Shown here: positions 1 through 13,690 of the stretch, piece by piece
How the letters are laid out: every line of letters begins with the position of its first letter
Numbering within the stretch: the first letter of the stretch is position 1
Source: Mytilus californianus
Lineage: Eukaryota
Length of the DNA stretch: 64,000 nucleotides
Assembly: GCF_021869535.1 (NCBI RefSeq)
Contig: NW_026262730.1
Span: 558,001 to 622,000 of the forward strand
Direction: 5' to 3'
Translations under genes and position numbers: made by a program
The notes under the pieces: model-generated
The model's input: the letters and a program-made list of their open reading frames with translations, nothing else
Database searches by the model: none
What the model was told of the DNA's origin: nothing

Positions 1-483
1 ATAGATTCCACAGAAAAATGCCATCCCTATAAGTTAACATGAAGTTGTGTCACATCAACGTGTAACTAACTAAACATTTTCATTACCATTTAAGGTTGGG
101 AGAACTTTTAACGTATACGGCAATTAAGGGTTTGTCTCCGATTTTACGGTAAAATAATCATAAAAAAAGTTTTTTGTCAAGGTAGTTAAGCATGACGTTT
201 ATGTCATATTAATTTAAACTTTGTACACATGCTCGTTATTAAGTGAAATTATTTAAATCATATGCCACATAAGTGTTTTATCCATGATTTCACGCGTCAT
301 TGAACATAGAAATAAAATGCCAGCTGGGTAAGGTGTCTTATGGACACAGATTATTGTTTGTCAATAAAACAAAGAGTTATTCGACTAATATCGTGAGGGA
401 TATCTAAATGTGTCTCTTGGGTGGAAAAATTAATAAAGCGATGATAAATCGTCGCGTATATGTCAAACCTTGACCTCCTTCTC

Positions 484-554
484 TTATATGAGTACATCAA
501 CAAAAACAAAAACATAGACGAGTAGACGGCTAGAAAGACCTCAACCTGCAGGAT
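484..554 (-). pseudogene. Exon 6: GPI-anchor-signal-like C-terminus with internal TGA
   Basis: Acceptor tattttgcag. The phase-1 frame reads NPAG*GLSSRLLVYVFVFVDVLI-TAA: small residues, a short spacer, then a terminal hydrophobic stretch. Confidence 0.65.
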
Positions 555-1593
555 CTGCAAAATATAGTTCGTTCACCGTAAACTTAAGATAAAGTTATTT
601 AGGAACAACCTAACCATATTACAATTCAAATAAGTATCGACGTCCAGTTTTCCTTTCTCTTTTGCTCGGTTATGATATCAATAAAAGTAACTTGTCTCAA
701 ATTTTTCATCACCATGAGCAGCACGGTAATATGCTTCTAAGGGTACGCCACACTTGCGACACTGTCGAATTTCTCATGTAAAGTAAAATGTCGATGAAAA
801 CCAATAGATATGAATATAACATACATTTCTTACGGTTCTATTTTGTTTGACATCATTGTACTTACTTTTTTCTCTTATATAGATAAAAACCTAAAATTGG
901 TAGAGCCACGAAAAGTACACCTACAGAAACACCAACGATAATTGGAGCTGCAAAATAATAAATTTTCAGTTCTTTTTTACATTTACGAAAATAACACAAT
1001 AAGGAACAGTAAGAGTAACAGATCTATTATTAAAAGAAACGAAGGTAGAACTAATATCCTTGATTAAGAAAAAAGTATTTAAAAAACTAAAAATAGGAAC
1101 ACAATTTCTTACATGGGCTCATTGAAGACACAGCAATATAACGTTTATTATAAGGACACTTGTGTAATAAATGGATCAAATACAGTGAAGGACGATCCAG
1201 TTCTTCATCTTTGGAAAGCAAAAGGAACTTATTCATAGAACCATTAATTTTTTTTAATTCTGATATGTATCAACGACATCAGAGCCTTAATACATTCGGA
1301 AAGAGTATCTAGGTCTTCATTTTCTCAATCCTGGCATAATCCTCAACCGAATCCATCAGTACTAGTATTTGGAAGTTGTGTTTCCAATTGATGGATTTAG
1401 GCTCACGCTATTTCGGATCTTTGCATAACTCATTTTGCAGAGAAGTGTTATTGAAAATGTTCAGGTCACTATTTATAACATGACAAGTCGGATTATATGA
1501 ATTAGACACATAAACATTACTTTGTTTGTTGAATATGATTAAAAGAGGTTTCGCTATTAAAAAAATAAGCTATTTAAAGAAAGAAAATCTTAC

Positions 1594-1677
1594 TTAGATC
1601 TTTTGTCGGATTTCCTGATTTTTCTTCAGTGCCAGAAGAACTGCCTGTGGAACTGGATGGTAATGTTGATGTGTCAG
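1594..1677 (-). CDS. Exon 5: Ser/Thr stalk ADTSTLPSSSTGSSSGTEEKSGNPTKDL
   Basis: Acceptor ttttaatttcaaag, donor GTAAG, 84 nt, symmetric phase 1, open frame. Confidence 0.75.
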   Translation of the reverse strand: MTHQHYHPVPQAVLLALKKNQEIRQKI

Positions 1678-3328
1678 CTTTGAAATTAAAACAAAGATAA
1701 TTACAGGAATACACATGATTTCATGTACACGATATGAAAATTAAATCGATTCTATTGAATATTTGTTATCACAGAAATATGTAGAGAAAGTAGAGAAACT
1801 ACAGGATTGGTATGTCTGTCTTGCCTGATATTCTGTCAAATCAATTTATAACATATCAACAATCTAAATTCACTTCAATAATAATTATGTACAAAGACCA
1901 CTTTACAATGACATATCGTTATAAACTGTCTCGCTTCTAGTGTTACATTTGGGGGGTGGGGAAGGGGGGTGTATGTGTACATCAATAAATAACTTCGCAG
2001 TATTAATAAATGAACACGAATAAAGGGACAGGTCAACAGACAAGCAGTATATGATTTTTGACCAAAATGGTACACAATGTGCTCCTAAATTCCATGCAGA
2101 CTACTGATATAGCAAAAGCAAACATAGATTTTACACAAAAAAAGGTGCATTCTATATCCATATCAAAATAAGCGTGCAATTGTACATCACGGTATTATAA
2201 TATAACAAAGGAAATGGGATTGTGCAAACAAGTACATATAGACGAATGAAATCTGAAACTAATTGCATCCTACCTACAGTACTAGAACGCATTAGAGTGG
2301 TGTATCTTGTATGGTCTATAAAAGAGGCAAATATACATTATATAAATGTACGTACGAAATTATAGGAATACCGTTGAGAATGATTTAGAATCAGACAAAT
2401 AGTCTGAAATATGAAAAGGCTAGATTACCAAAAAAGTAGATACTAGGTATTTAAGGATCACAGCTTATATTGATTAAGAAACTTTATTTTGCAAGTATTA
2501 ATAATTTTTATGATGCATGGATTTTATTTTACACAGTGATTGTGTACCTTTGTACTGGAATTTTATACACATTTATGTCGGATCTGAAATTAGAGAAAAT
2601 GTGTCTTCCAATGTGTTTATCATGTAAATAAAGAACATATACTCGAAAATGTAGTATGCCTGTGTTGAATTGATGTCAAAATATTAATTAACTTAATGTA
2701 CCCACAGGCGCTTGGGTACAGGATTTTTCTAATGTATTGTCGGATTTTTCAATAAATATTCAATTTACAATTTTTAAACCTCATACCTCACATGTGTTCG
2801 AAGCGCTTATCTGGTTTACCTTTATCGTGTAGGCTCCAAACTAAATATTTAAAACCCATGGATTTATAAATAGTCAGAAACTTTAGGAGCTATATGATCA
2901 AAAGGGGATTTAAATGAATTGATTACACGCAGTCGATAGTCAATGTAAGCCTTGTGTGGGTTATGTGTACATACATATAAATATTCAGAAACTTAAGAAA
3001 GAAGCATCTTTTGATTAAAATGATCTTAATTACATTATGAATTAAGTTATTTACTAATTTTATTTGTCCAGACCTAAATATTTTTTTCTGTTATTTTGGA
3101 TTCATTATTAATCTTTTAATACAATTTTTTGTGAATTTCGTGGATAGAAGTTAACCATAATTTTAAATGTCTCTCGAAGTACTAATTTTCTAAAGGCTTG
3201 TCTGCTGACTTTGACAAAACCACGAAAACAAATATCCATAAAAGTACAATTTTGCATAAATCCACGGAAATGAATTAATCCTTAGTATTTAAAACCAGCT
3301 GAATATCCTTACTCCCCTTTTCAGACTC

Positions 3329-3587
3329 GGGGTCTCGGTGGCCTAGTGGTCTAAGAAGTCGAACTACTGTATCACTAGCCAGTCAACACTGAGGTTGCGA
3401 GTTCGAATCCCGCACGGGGCAGGTGCACTCGACTCCCATCTTAATTGACTAGGATTGTCAGTTTTCCTACCGAAGGTCGGTGGTTCTCTCCGGGCACTCC
3501 AGCTTCCTCCACCAATAAAAACTGACCGCCACGAAAAATAGCACAATAGTGTTGAAAGTGGCGTTAAACACCAATCAATCGATCAAT
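3329..3587 (+). mobile_element. tRNA-derived SINE with V-domain-like core
   Basis: A box TGGCCTAGTGG, B box GAGTTCGAATCC, core GGTTCTCTCCGGGCACTCCAGCTTCCTCC, (TCAA)n-like tail. TSD cttttcagactc / cttttaagactc (3317-3328, 3588-3599). Confidence 0.9.
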
Positions 3588-6044
3588 CTTTTAAGACTCA
3601 ACGAATCATCATACAAATCATTCACTTGAAATTGTCTTCCCTAATTTTGAAGACATCCAGAAACATACATAAATGACTGTTTGATTAATTGGTTATTATT
3701 TTCGTCTTGTGGTAAATATTTAAAACATATCCAGAAAGAGTACGAATCAACAGTTAAAACAAAAGTTATATTCTGCAATTGAGAGTCGATCGTAATCAAA
3801 ATGATGGTGTATATTGGATAGGGACAAAAAGAGGCTACATTATAATCCTTATAAGAGTTGTTATAAGGGTTCCATCTGTAAAGAGCGTAGAACTCTCTAC
3901 ACGAGGCAACGGGTAAAACTCTATATCTTATTCTGCCGGACGTGACTGTGAATCAATACAATTCTCCTCAACCTCCCACCCCCTACATCCAAACGAAATA
4001 CAGGCTTGGGCAAAGGATTTATTGCCGGTTGACTGAAGACCAAGAGATAAACATATTTCTATTCCCCACTAAATACGTGGATTTAATAAATTGATGGAAT
4101 GAGGACCATGTGCAGTACCAATTTCATAGTATGTGACGAAAACAGTCAATCTGGGAAGACGTTAAAATTTCAAAATGCGGTAATACTGCGTTGCTGAACA
4201 TTCCAATCCTATTTTTTTATTGCACAATCATTACATCCTTAGAATTCTCTAAAAGTACTTCGAATCAGAAGAACGGTTTTCATAGGGCACCGATCATTTA
4301 CCTTTTGGGAGTTGTGGTTGGGTTGTGGAAGTGAGTTGACAAACACATTTTTCGACTTAAAGCAAAACCAAAAAGAAAACAATAAATTTTCCATAACGTG
4401 CAGGTACAGGCTTTTACAGGGGGGGGGGGTGGGGGGGGGGGGGGGGGACGGAGTGGGGGTTGATAAACTGTTATGAAGCTACACAGGTATTTAAAACCGG
4501 AGTACAGATGAGAACAAATGTAATGTTTAAACAGTGTTCATCACATGAAACGAATTGTAAACACGATGTTAGAGCGTAAGGTGTGAGGTATAAAAATTCA
4601 AAGCTGAAAATTCAGTTCAAAAATGACAAATACAATATCGAATATTCTCGCTTCTAGTGTTACATTTGGGGGGTGGGGAAGGGGGGTGTATGTGTACATC
4701 AATAAATAACTTCGCAGTATAAATAAATGAACACGAATAAAGGGACAGGTCAACAGACAAGCAGTATATGATGTTTGACCAAAATGGTACACAATGTGCT
4801 CCTAAATTCCATGCAGACTACTGATATAACAAAAGCAAACATAGATTTTACACAAAAAAGGTGCATTCTATATCCATATCAAAATAAGCGTGCAATTGTA
4901 CATCACGGTATTATAATATAACAAAGGAAATGGGATTGTGCAAACAAGTACATATAGACGAATGAAATCTGAAACTAATTGCATCCTACCTACAGTACTA
5001 GAACGCATTAGAGTGGTGTATCTTGTATGGTCTATAAAAGAGGCACATATACATTATATAAATGTACGTACAAAATTATAGGAATACCGTTGAGAATGAT
5101 TTAGAATCAGACAAATAGTCTGAAATATGAAAAGGCTAGATTACCAAAAAAGTAGATACTAGGTATTTAAGGATCACAGCTTATATTGATTAAGAAACTT
5201 TATTTTGCAAGTATTAATAATTTTTATGATGCATGGATTTTATTTTACACAGTGATTGTGTACCTTTGTACTGGAATTTTATACACATTTATGTCGGATC
5301 TGAAATTAGAGAAAATGTGTCTTCCAATGTGTTTATCATGTAAATAAAGAACATATACTCGAAAATGTAGTATGCCTGTGTTGAATTGATGTCAAAATAT
5401 TAATTAACTTAATGTACCCACAGGCGCTTGGGTACAGGATTTTTCTAATGTATTGTCGGATTTTTCAATAAATATTCAATTTACAATTTTTAAACCTCAT
5501 ACCTCACATGTGTTCGAAACGCTTATCTGGTTTACATTTATCGTGTAGGCTCCAAACTAAATATTTAAAACCCATGGATTTATAAATAGTCAGAAACTTT
5601 AGGAGCTATATGATCAAAAGGGGATTTAAATGAATTGATTACACGCAGTCGATAGTCAATGTAAGCCTTGTGTGGGTTATGTGTACATACATATAAATAT
5701 TCAGAAACTTAAGAAAGAAGCATCTTTTGAATAAAATGATCTTAATTACATTATGAATTAAGTTATTTACTAATTTTATTTGTCCAGACCTAAATATTTT
5801 TTTCTGTTATTTTGGATTCATTATTAATCTTTTAATACAATTTTTTGTGAATTTCGTGGATAGAAGTTAACCATAATTTTAAATGTCTCTCGAAGTACTA
5901 ATTTTCTAAAGGCTTGTCTGCTGACTTTGACAAAACCACGAAAACAAATATCCATAAAAGTACAATTTTGCATAAATCCACGGAAATGAATTAATCCTTA
6001 GTATTTAAAACCAGCTGAATATCCTTACTCCCCTTTTCAGACTC

Positions 6045-6303
6045 GGGGTCTCGGTGGCCGAGTGGTCTAAGAAGTCGAACTACTGTATCACTAGCCAGTC
6101 AACACTGAGGTTGCGAGTTCGAATCCCGCACGGGGCAGGTGCACTCGACTCCCATTTTAATTGACTAGGATTGTCAGTTTTCCTACCGAAGGTCGGTGGT
6201 TCTCTCCGGGCACTCCAGCTTCCTCCACCAATAAAAACTGACCGCCACGAAAAATAGCACAATAGTGTTGAAAGTGGCGTTAAACACCAATCAATCGATC
6301 AAT
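6045..6303 (+). mobile_element. Duplicate copy of the same SINE
   Basis: Lies in the second unit of the duplication. Perfect 12-bp TSD cttttcagactc (6033-6044, 6304-6315). Confidence 0.9.
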
Positions 6304-7369
6304 CTTTTCAGACTCAACGAATCATCATACAAATCATTCACTTGAAATTGTCTTCCCTAATTTTGAAGACATCCAGAAACATACATAAATGACTGTTTGA
6401 TTAATTGGTTATTATTTTCGTCTTGTGGTAAATATTTAAAACATATCCAGAAAGAGTACGAATCAACAGTTAAAACAAAAGTTATATTCTGCAATTGAGA
6501 GTCGATCGTAATCAAAATGATGGTGTATATTGGATAGGGACAAAAAGAGGCTACATTATAATCCTTATAAGAGTTGTTATAAGGGTTCCATCTGTAAAGA
6601 GCGTAGAACTCTCTACACGAGGCAACGGGTAAAACTCTATATCTTATTCTGCCGGACGTGACTGTGAATCAATACAATTCTCCTCAACCTCCCACCCCCT
6701 ACATCCAAACGAACGCCAGGCTTGGGCAAAGGTTTTATTGCCGGTTGACAGAAGACCAAGAGATAAACATATTTCTATTCCCCACTCAATACGTGGATTT
6801 AATAAATTGATGGAATGAGGACCATGTGCAGTACCAATTTCATAGTATGTGACGAAAACAGTCAATCTGGGAAGACGTTAAAATTTCAAAATGCGGTAAT
6901 ACTGCGTTGCTGAACATTCCAATCCTATTTTTTTATTGCACAATCATTACATCCTTAGAATTCTCTAAAAGTACTTCGAATCAGAAGAACGGTTTTCATA
7001 GGGCACCGATCATTTACCTTTTGGGAGTTGTGGTTGGGTTGTGGAAGTGAGTTGACAAACACATTTTTCGACTTAAAGCAAAACCAAAAAGAAAACAATA
7101 TATTTTCCATAACGTGCAGGTACAGGCTTTTACAGGGGGGGGGGGGACGGAGTGGGGGTTGATAAACTGTTATGAAGCTACACAGGTATTTAAAACCGGT
7201 GTACAGATGAGAACAAATGTAATGTTTAAACAGTGTTCATCACATGAAACGAATTGTAAACACGATGTTAGAGCGTAAGGTGTGAGGTATAAAAATTCAA
7301 AGCTGAAAATTCAGTTCAAAAATGACAAATACAATATCGAATATTGTACTCAAGCATCTGTGAGTTTAC

Positions 7370-7654
7370 CTTTAATTTTTACATAAACTTGCACTTGGGC
7401 AGACCTTGTGTACGTGCCGCCATTGAAAGTGTTGCTTACGTTACAGGTGTATACTTCACTATTCGTGTTATTCATAACCGTAATAGGTAAGTTTTCACTT
7501 GTGCTTTCTGGATTGTCAGAGTTTTCTTTATACCAATAGTAATCTGGTTGAGGATTTCCATCGCTTTTACATGTTAAATTTATATTAGTATCTTCGCCTA
7601 CTACATAGTATGTTTTATTCGGATATTTTGTAATAGATGGCATGCTAACTTCAT
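7370..7654 (-). CDS. Exon 4: C2-type Ig domain
   Basis: Acceptor ctgttttcag, donor GTAAAC, 285 nt open frame: ...GEDTNINLTCKSDGNPQPDYYWYK...SEVYTCNVSN..., a classic C-W-YxC Ig pattern. Confidence 0.9.
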
Positions 7655-8072
7655 CTGAAAACAGATGCATGCATATATGGTAGCGAAAATATTCAACTGT
7701 GAACAAATTCCACAGAAATTTGAATTACATCAAATTATGCATTTTCACTATACTGTGGATTTAGTTAAATGTGTTGGATTTAAATTAATGCGATTGCAGT
7801 AGGTATTTGCAAATATTGGTGTCGACTGGTTTTGTGTATGTATGTTTTACTGACATTTCAATGACGTTCAATACGCAACTTCTTTTATTCATACATATAT
7901 TACAGTAATAAATCAAAACTGCTTAGCTTACGTGTCTAAATGATCTCAGAGTTAATTGGTGATACACAGAGCATGCACCTAAGTATTAAAGCATTAAAAA
8001 AATACCGACCTCCAAGGTAATTTAAAAAGGGAAGTCCATAAAAAAATATGAATTACAAATGATGTGAATATA

Positions 8073-8288
8073 TATACGGTATGGTTTTTGTTCATTGTTA
8101 AATGCCGTACGGTGACCTATAATTGCATGCTTCAATCCTTGTCATTTTGGACTCTGTTGGATATAAAAATAAAGAGATGTGGTATGATTGCCAATGAGAC
8201 AACTATCCATCAAAGTTCAATTTTAGTAGATGTAAGCAATAATAAGCATTCGTACGGCCTTATACAATGACAAAAACCATACCGCATA
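8073..8288. mobile_element. Fold-back / MITE-like element with ~45-bp inverted arms
   Basis: tatacggtatggtttttgttcattgttaaatgccgtacgg is the near reverse complement of ttcgtacggccttatacaatgacaaaaaccataccgcata. One-armed relatives lie at ~16085-16130 and 52733-52845. Confidence 0.65.
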
Positions 8289-9505
8289 GTCGGCAATAAC
8301 AATTCAATTGAAAAAACTAACGGCCTAATTTATAACAACACAATGTACGAAAAACAAATATGACACAAATTGGTGTTGTGAATAGTTGTTTTAATTTTTA
8401 ATATGGTCAAATGAACCCTGTTAGACTTCTGACAATGAATTTAGGAACTAAATGTAGCGACACTCCAGTTTGGGGGATATTGATTTATCTATCAGTTGTC
8501 ATTGTTTTGAAGTAGCTTGCAATCACCGCGAGTAATCGTAGATCGGAACTTTTGTGTCTCCTGTCTCTATTTTAGTTTTTTGTGCTTCCTTCCCGATATG
8601 ATGTGTCAAGTCATATCCAACTGATTTTCGCAGTTTGTTTTTTCGTTGCGCTCTTACAACATTTTTCAAGGTAAGCGGGGGTATAAGCACTCACAAACAT
8701 GTTTAACCCAGCAACATTTTGTGAGTGTCTGTCTCAAGTCGGGAGGATGTAAATCACTGGTTGTCGTTGGTTGCTGTCTGCTATATATGGTTTTTGTTAA
8801 TTGTTTTGTCATAAATCAGGCAGTTGGTTTTTTTCCGTTTGAATTGTTTCGCACGTTGTCATATCGGAAATAAGTAAAAATAAGGAAACCTAGGATTGAC
8901 ATGAGATGGTTATAATGAATCTACCTTCTTATTGTAGACGGGAAATTGATTATCCCATAACTAAACATAAAACTGAACCATTAGCACTGATGTTCTGCAT
9001 TGGAAAACATTCGTAGGAGGCGAAAAATAAAATTAGTAACATTACAAGACTGAAACACTTTATATTTCCAGTAAAAAAAAACCTCTCCCAAAAAAATAAA
9101 TAAATCCACAGTAAACTTTTACATGCTAGAATATATGTTTTACTACGTGCAATCATATACAAAAAGTGAAGAAACTTTCAAACGAAATGTAATTTGTATA
9201 AGATAAAATTCTGTATGATGTTTATGACGCTGTGTGTTCTAAAGTCAGTATGTAACAGAACCTTAAATTAACTTTTTGCGATTATGAAATCTCTTGTTTA
9301 CACAATACATGTACTAGTAATCCGTATTGTTGAAATATAGCAGGATCTGATAACCCTTTCGGAGCAAATGAAGTCAAGTTAGGAATTAACATCTAATCAA
9401 ACTAACCTCTAGAAACATTAATGGTTTACATTAATCAATAAAGCATAGTCTGCATATACACAGGAAACCTATCACCATGAATTACGTTACAAAGTATTTA
9501 CTTAC

Positions 9506-10078
9506 AGTATACCTCTATTGGTGCAGTTTCTTCATACATAACCGGCTCTGCCGTTGACGAATTTACAACACATCGTATCACTGAATTGTTGTCTTTAGCC
9601 GTTACTTGGAACGTGAGGTAACTTGTACGATAGTAGGAACAATTCTCAGGTATATCAGGTATTGATGTTGTAATGACTGTATCTTTCACAGGAACTATCT
9701 TTCCATTAAGATACTTTTCAAAGAAATGTTCCGCTGGAGGATTTCCAACATCTCCAGTACAGACAACTGTTAAGTTATCACCTTCAGCTATGCCTTGTGC
9801 TGTGGTTGTTTGTTGTACAGAATATGTAGTAGTTCTGTAGCTAGTGTTGGAAGGGGAAGATGTTGTAGAATTATGACCAGTGGTATGGATCGTAGAATGG
9901 TTAAATGCAGTTGTAGAGGTCTGTTTCTACGTCTGTGAGGCAGATGCAGTTTCATTTTCTCTCGATGTCACTGCAGTAAATGGTGATGAGGAACTATAAT
10001 CCATATGTTTAGTTGTGGTCACTGATGAATCTGCTGGCGTATGAACTAATGAAACGCAATCAGGTTTTGAAGGTGCCA
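9506..10078 (-). pseudogene. Exon 3: C2-type Ig domain with Ser/Thr-rich insert and internal TAG
   Basis: Acceptor ttttattttcatag, donor GTAAGT, 573 nt. VAPSKPD...[S/T-rich, TAG at 9927-9929]...EGDNLTVVCTGDVGNPP...DNNSVIRCVVN...PIEVY. Confidence 0.85.
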
Positions 10079-12059
10079 CTATGAAAATAAAATGAAATAC
10101 AATTTTAACTCAATTAATAATAAAAACCAGAATCATTTTGTTTTAATTTCGACACATCGTCTATTAAACAAAGTCAAGATAAAACATTTTTGAGCTGCAC
10201 AAACCAAGTATTCATATCAGATGTTATGACTTAAAAATCTTCTAAAACTTTCTACAAGTAAACATTTATCCATTCATTAACATACGTAAAATGAAAGATT
10301 TTGTTGATTATATCTCGTCATTAATTGATCATTAGCTTCGTGTTAAGAACTTGAATTTGTGTCAGACATTTGGTCATCTTTTATTGCTTTTTTCACAATT
10401 TGTTTAGAATCAACATGATTTATATTGGACATACGATATATGTCATTGCTGGGGGCATACGGTAAAACTTGATCGAAAGTTCTTACCAAAAACTCGCATA
10501 GTTCGAATAATTATTATAAGAAGCTACTTTAGATTTCTTTTGTCTGCAGTTAACATGAGAAAATGAAAAAGTATTCCCAAATCCGTAAGCTCATTGTTAA
10601 ATTGCTGGTTGGGGGTTGTCCTATTTTGTTTTTGTTATTATTGTATATCTTTACCAACAACAGCTTTAGCTACCTTCACTAGTTTCCTGTAGTATTTTTG
10701 TGCACATTTTGATCCTGCTTTTCAAATTATATGCCGTTTTTTTATTCTTTATTCAAGTAATTGTTCATCTCGTTGGTAGCTGCAATTTATAAGTTTTTGA
10801 TTGTGTGTTTCAATTTTACGACATACGGTGTTTATAGTTAAAGGGGTGATCTGTACTCAAGTAAAACTGATTCAAACACACCACGTTGTGTGCCTGTACC
10901 TAGTCAGACTATCTGGACCGTGTGTTGGTCGTTGTTGTTTGCCTTTGTTTGTCTAAGCTTGTATGTTTGTTGTGTTTTCGGGGAGTTGGTCTTGGTGTTT
11001 GATGTGGTCCGATGTATTGTCTCGTAGTTTTGGTGATTCATGCATTCTTTTTTATGAATTGTGTAAGAAGCAATAAATTAATGACAGCCCACAATCAATA
11101 CATTGTGTGTAACCGTTCACGTGTTTCGTTTTTTTTTTTCTTTATTTTTATTATTATCATTATCATAATAAATTGATGTAGACAAACATCTTATTGCAGA
11201 TTTATCCCTTTATTCATGTCATTGTTATGGACACTGTCTGTAGCTAAACTTCATTAAGAGACAACAAAACACTTCTTGTTAGTTTTTTATGAAAATATAC
11301 TTGCAGATTTTCAGACGACATATTTTGAAAATAATCAACATATTTTTTCTTAATTTACAAATGAAGTTTATCAACCTTAATTCATTCGCATAAAAATCGA
11401 ACATGAACCATGAACTTTCTCACGTTAAGACCTTGGTATTAGAATAAAACATGGTTAACTTTATATTAGCATGTTGACAGACCAGGACAACTTATACTTT
11501 TCTATTTGTAGATTTTCCTATTTTTGATATTGATATTCTGTTTGCTCATCTTTATGGAGTGTACATTTCTTCGTTGGTCCGATATGCGTGTATTATTGCT
11601 GGATTTGATTTTCAAGACAGCATTATAAAAAAACTTAGTTCAAATTCTGAACATATAACACGGCTTACACAAGATAACATGACAAGTCAATATATATGTA
11701 AGACTACAAAACACTAACGGAAATGTCAACGGCAACGGCAATATGGTTATATTAAAACATTCATATAAGTCACCAAGATTTTTTTTTCGTCTAAAAATGA
11801 GATTGTTGCTACTAATGCATCTTTGCTATATGCAAAAAGACTTTATTGGGAGAACAGGCTTTATTTATTTTCTTATTTATTGCACTAAATTTTCAGTTTA
11901 AATCAAATATGATTGAATATGTGGCCTTTTTGGGGTCATTTTAGTTCAATTTGATTAAACTTGCGAAATCAATGGTGAAATCTATTCGTTTTTTTTTTTT
12001 TTTAATTCAAACGAAATACTATTGAAAAATATACTCAAATATAATTTGCTTGATGGTAA

Positions 12060-13580
12060 TGTAAAAGGTGAATTTCTGAACAATCAAATAAAAACAAGTC
12101 CATTTCATCTTTTCCTAGGGTTCTTTATTCAACAATGATGTAATCATATAATTATAAACCCTACAAAATATAACAAAATACATTTAAAACAGATTAATCT
12201 ATAATTACTATATCGTACTGTGTTACTATTATTACAACATTACTGCAGATCAACATAAATATAAGAACATTGAATGTTTATAGTTCTTCTATAATATCAA
12301 TACACAAGGTGACATGATGATATTTAACACTTGCAAATATTCATTCATCGTTCATATAAAATCATCAGCTTTGACAATTAAACATACTATTATAATGTCA
12401 AGATCATATAACACTATTTGAATTAACTAAATAGATATATGTAAATCCATATTCTACAAATAACCATAACATATATATCAACGGTAGATAACTCTACATA
12501 ATATCAAATGCTCTTCACTGTCTTACATGAACAATATATATATTATGCTATTTTAAGTATACATAAACTCACCAGTCTGTGGAACTGAGTTTAATAACTA
12601 ACATCGACAGTCTACATAATATTAACAGTAACGATCTTCATACGTCTACAGTAATGGTAACAGAGGTTCACATCAAATATGGTTCTGTAAACAATATATG
12701 ACAATAATAAGTAATCTGACTTTAATATTCTTAAAGACATTATACAATTCATATTTAAACTATTTTTAATCTTTATCTTTCATCTCGAATTTACAATTAT
12801 AAATAATTAATCTTATTTCAATACTAACACATTAAGTACAAGTACAATTGTACTGTTAATGACATCACATTGGATATACCACTGTCATTTCATGACTGCA
12901 TGACAAAAGGTCAAGGTCATTCATAAAAATCGACTAAATCTCCCTTTCCAACATTTATACTAAAATCTCTCAAATAAATCAGATTCAATCATCACTCAAA
13001 GCACACTCATTCATTGGGCTGGGAATCTTACCAAATGAATGTAATACACATACATTTCAAAGTTAAGGATCCAGTTCATCCAAGACACCTCAAAGAGTAC
13101 AAAATGTAACTTACCATATAAAGTCATGATGTCCTGTTCCAGGATGAATTCCATCACTATACTAATCCATAGAACTTATGGAACTACTAATCAAACACAA
13201 TATAAAGTCTATGAGCACAAAGTGCATCAAAACATACAAATATATCAAGATCACAACAAAGACATCAAGCCTCCATTACTGTTTTTAAAACTACCACCAA
13301 ACTGGGGGCAAGGCTTTATAAACCAATCAGAATACAAGAAAACCTATATATTCTAGTGAACAGTGAGTACTGATAGTAAAATCAGTAATAGGTAAATGCT
13401 ACAAGGTAAACAGTTAGATTTTATGGATCAATGAATAATCAATAGGCAATCAATAGAATAAAGGTAAACTTAAGTAAACTACTCTGCAAATGAAAGAATA
13501 TAATTAATGGTGTCTCGGAATAACCTATAAACATAATAGATATATAAATGATTAATATGATAAAAATCCACACTATCACA
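12060..13580 (-). repeat. Complete 3' LTR, 1521 bp
   Basis: Starts TGTGATAGTG directly after the PPT and ends CCTTTTACA at the empty-site breakpoint. Confidence 0.85.
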
Positions 13581-13591
13581 TCCTCCCCTCT
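13581..13591 (-). other. Polypurine tract AGAGGGGAGGA
   Basis: Purine run abutting the 3' LTR TG, ~100 nt downstream of the pol stop codon. Confidence 0.9.
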
Positions 13592-13690
13592 GTTGGAGAA
13601 TGTCTTCCATGACATCACAAATATCTCTCCTCCTCCTGAGAAAAATATGACGTCCTCGTAATCAATAATGATCGTCTGTAAAATATAACA

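Larger units (their letters stand above)
1929..7345. repeat. Head-to-tail tandem duplication, ~2.7-kb unit (1929-4646 / 4646-7345), in intron 4
   Basis: Copies align end to end at offset ~2717. By eye there are about 20 substitutions, a few homopolymer indels and a poly-G length difference (~99% identity). The junction shares 1 nt (T4646). Confidence 0.97.

Noticed and set aside
351-560. ORF ILQVEVFLAVYSSMFLFLLMYSYKRRRSR as a transmembrane last exon
   Set aside because: It needs a phase-0 junction, whereas exon 5 ends in phase 1. The phase-1 frame gives a coherent GPI-like tail. Not fully excluded if an unseen exon intervenes.
3329-3420. tRNA gene
   Set aside because: The A and B boxes continue into a SINE body with a tail and TSD, and there is no proper cloverleaf or terminator. 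The same applies to 6045 and 52264.
13126-13356. Plus-strand 76-aa ORF as a gene
   Set aside because: It lies inside the LTR, antisense to the element, with no recognisable domain.
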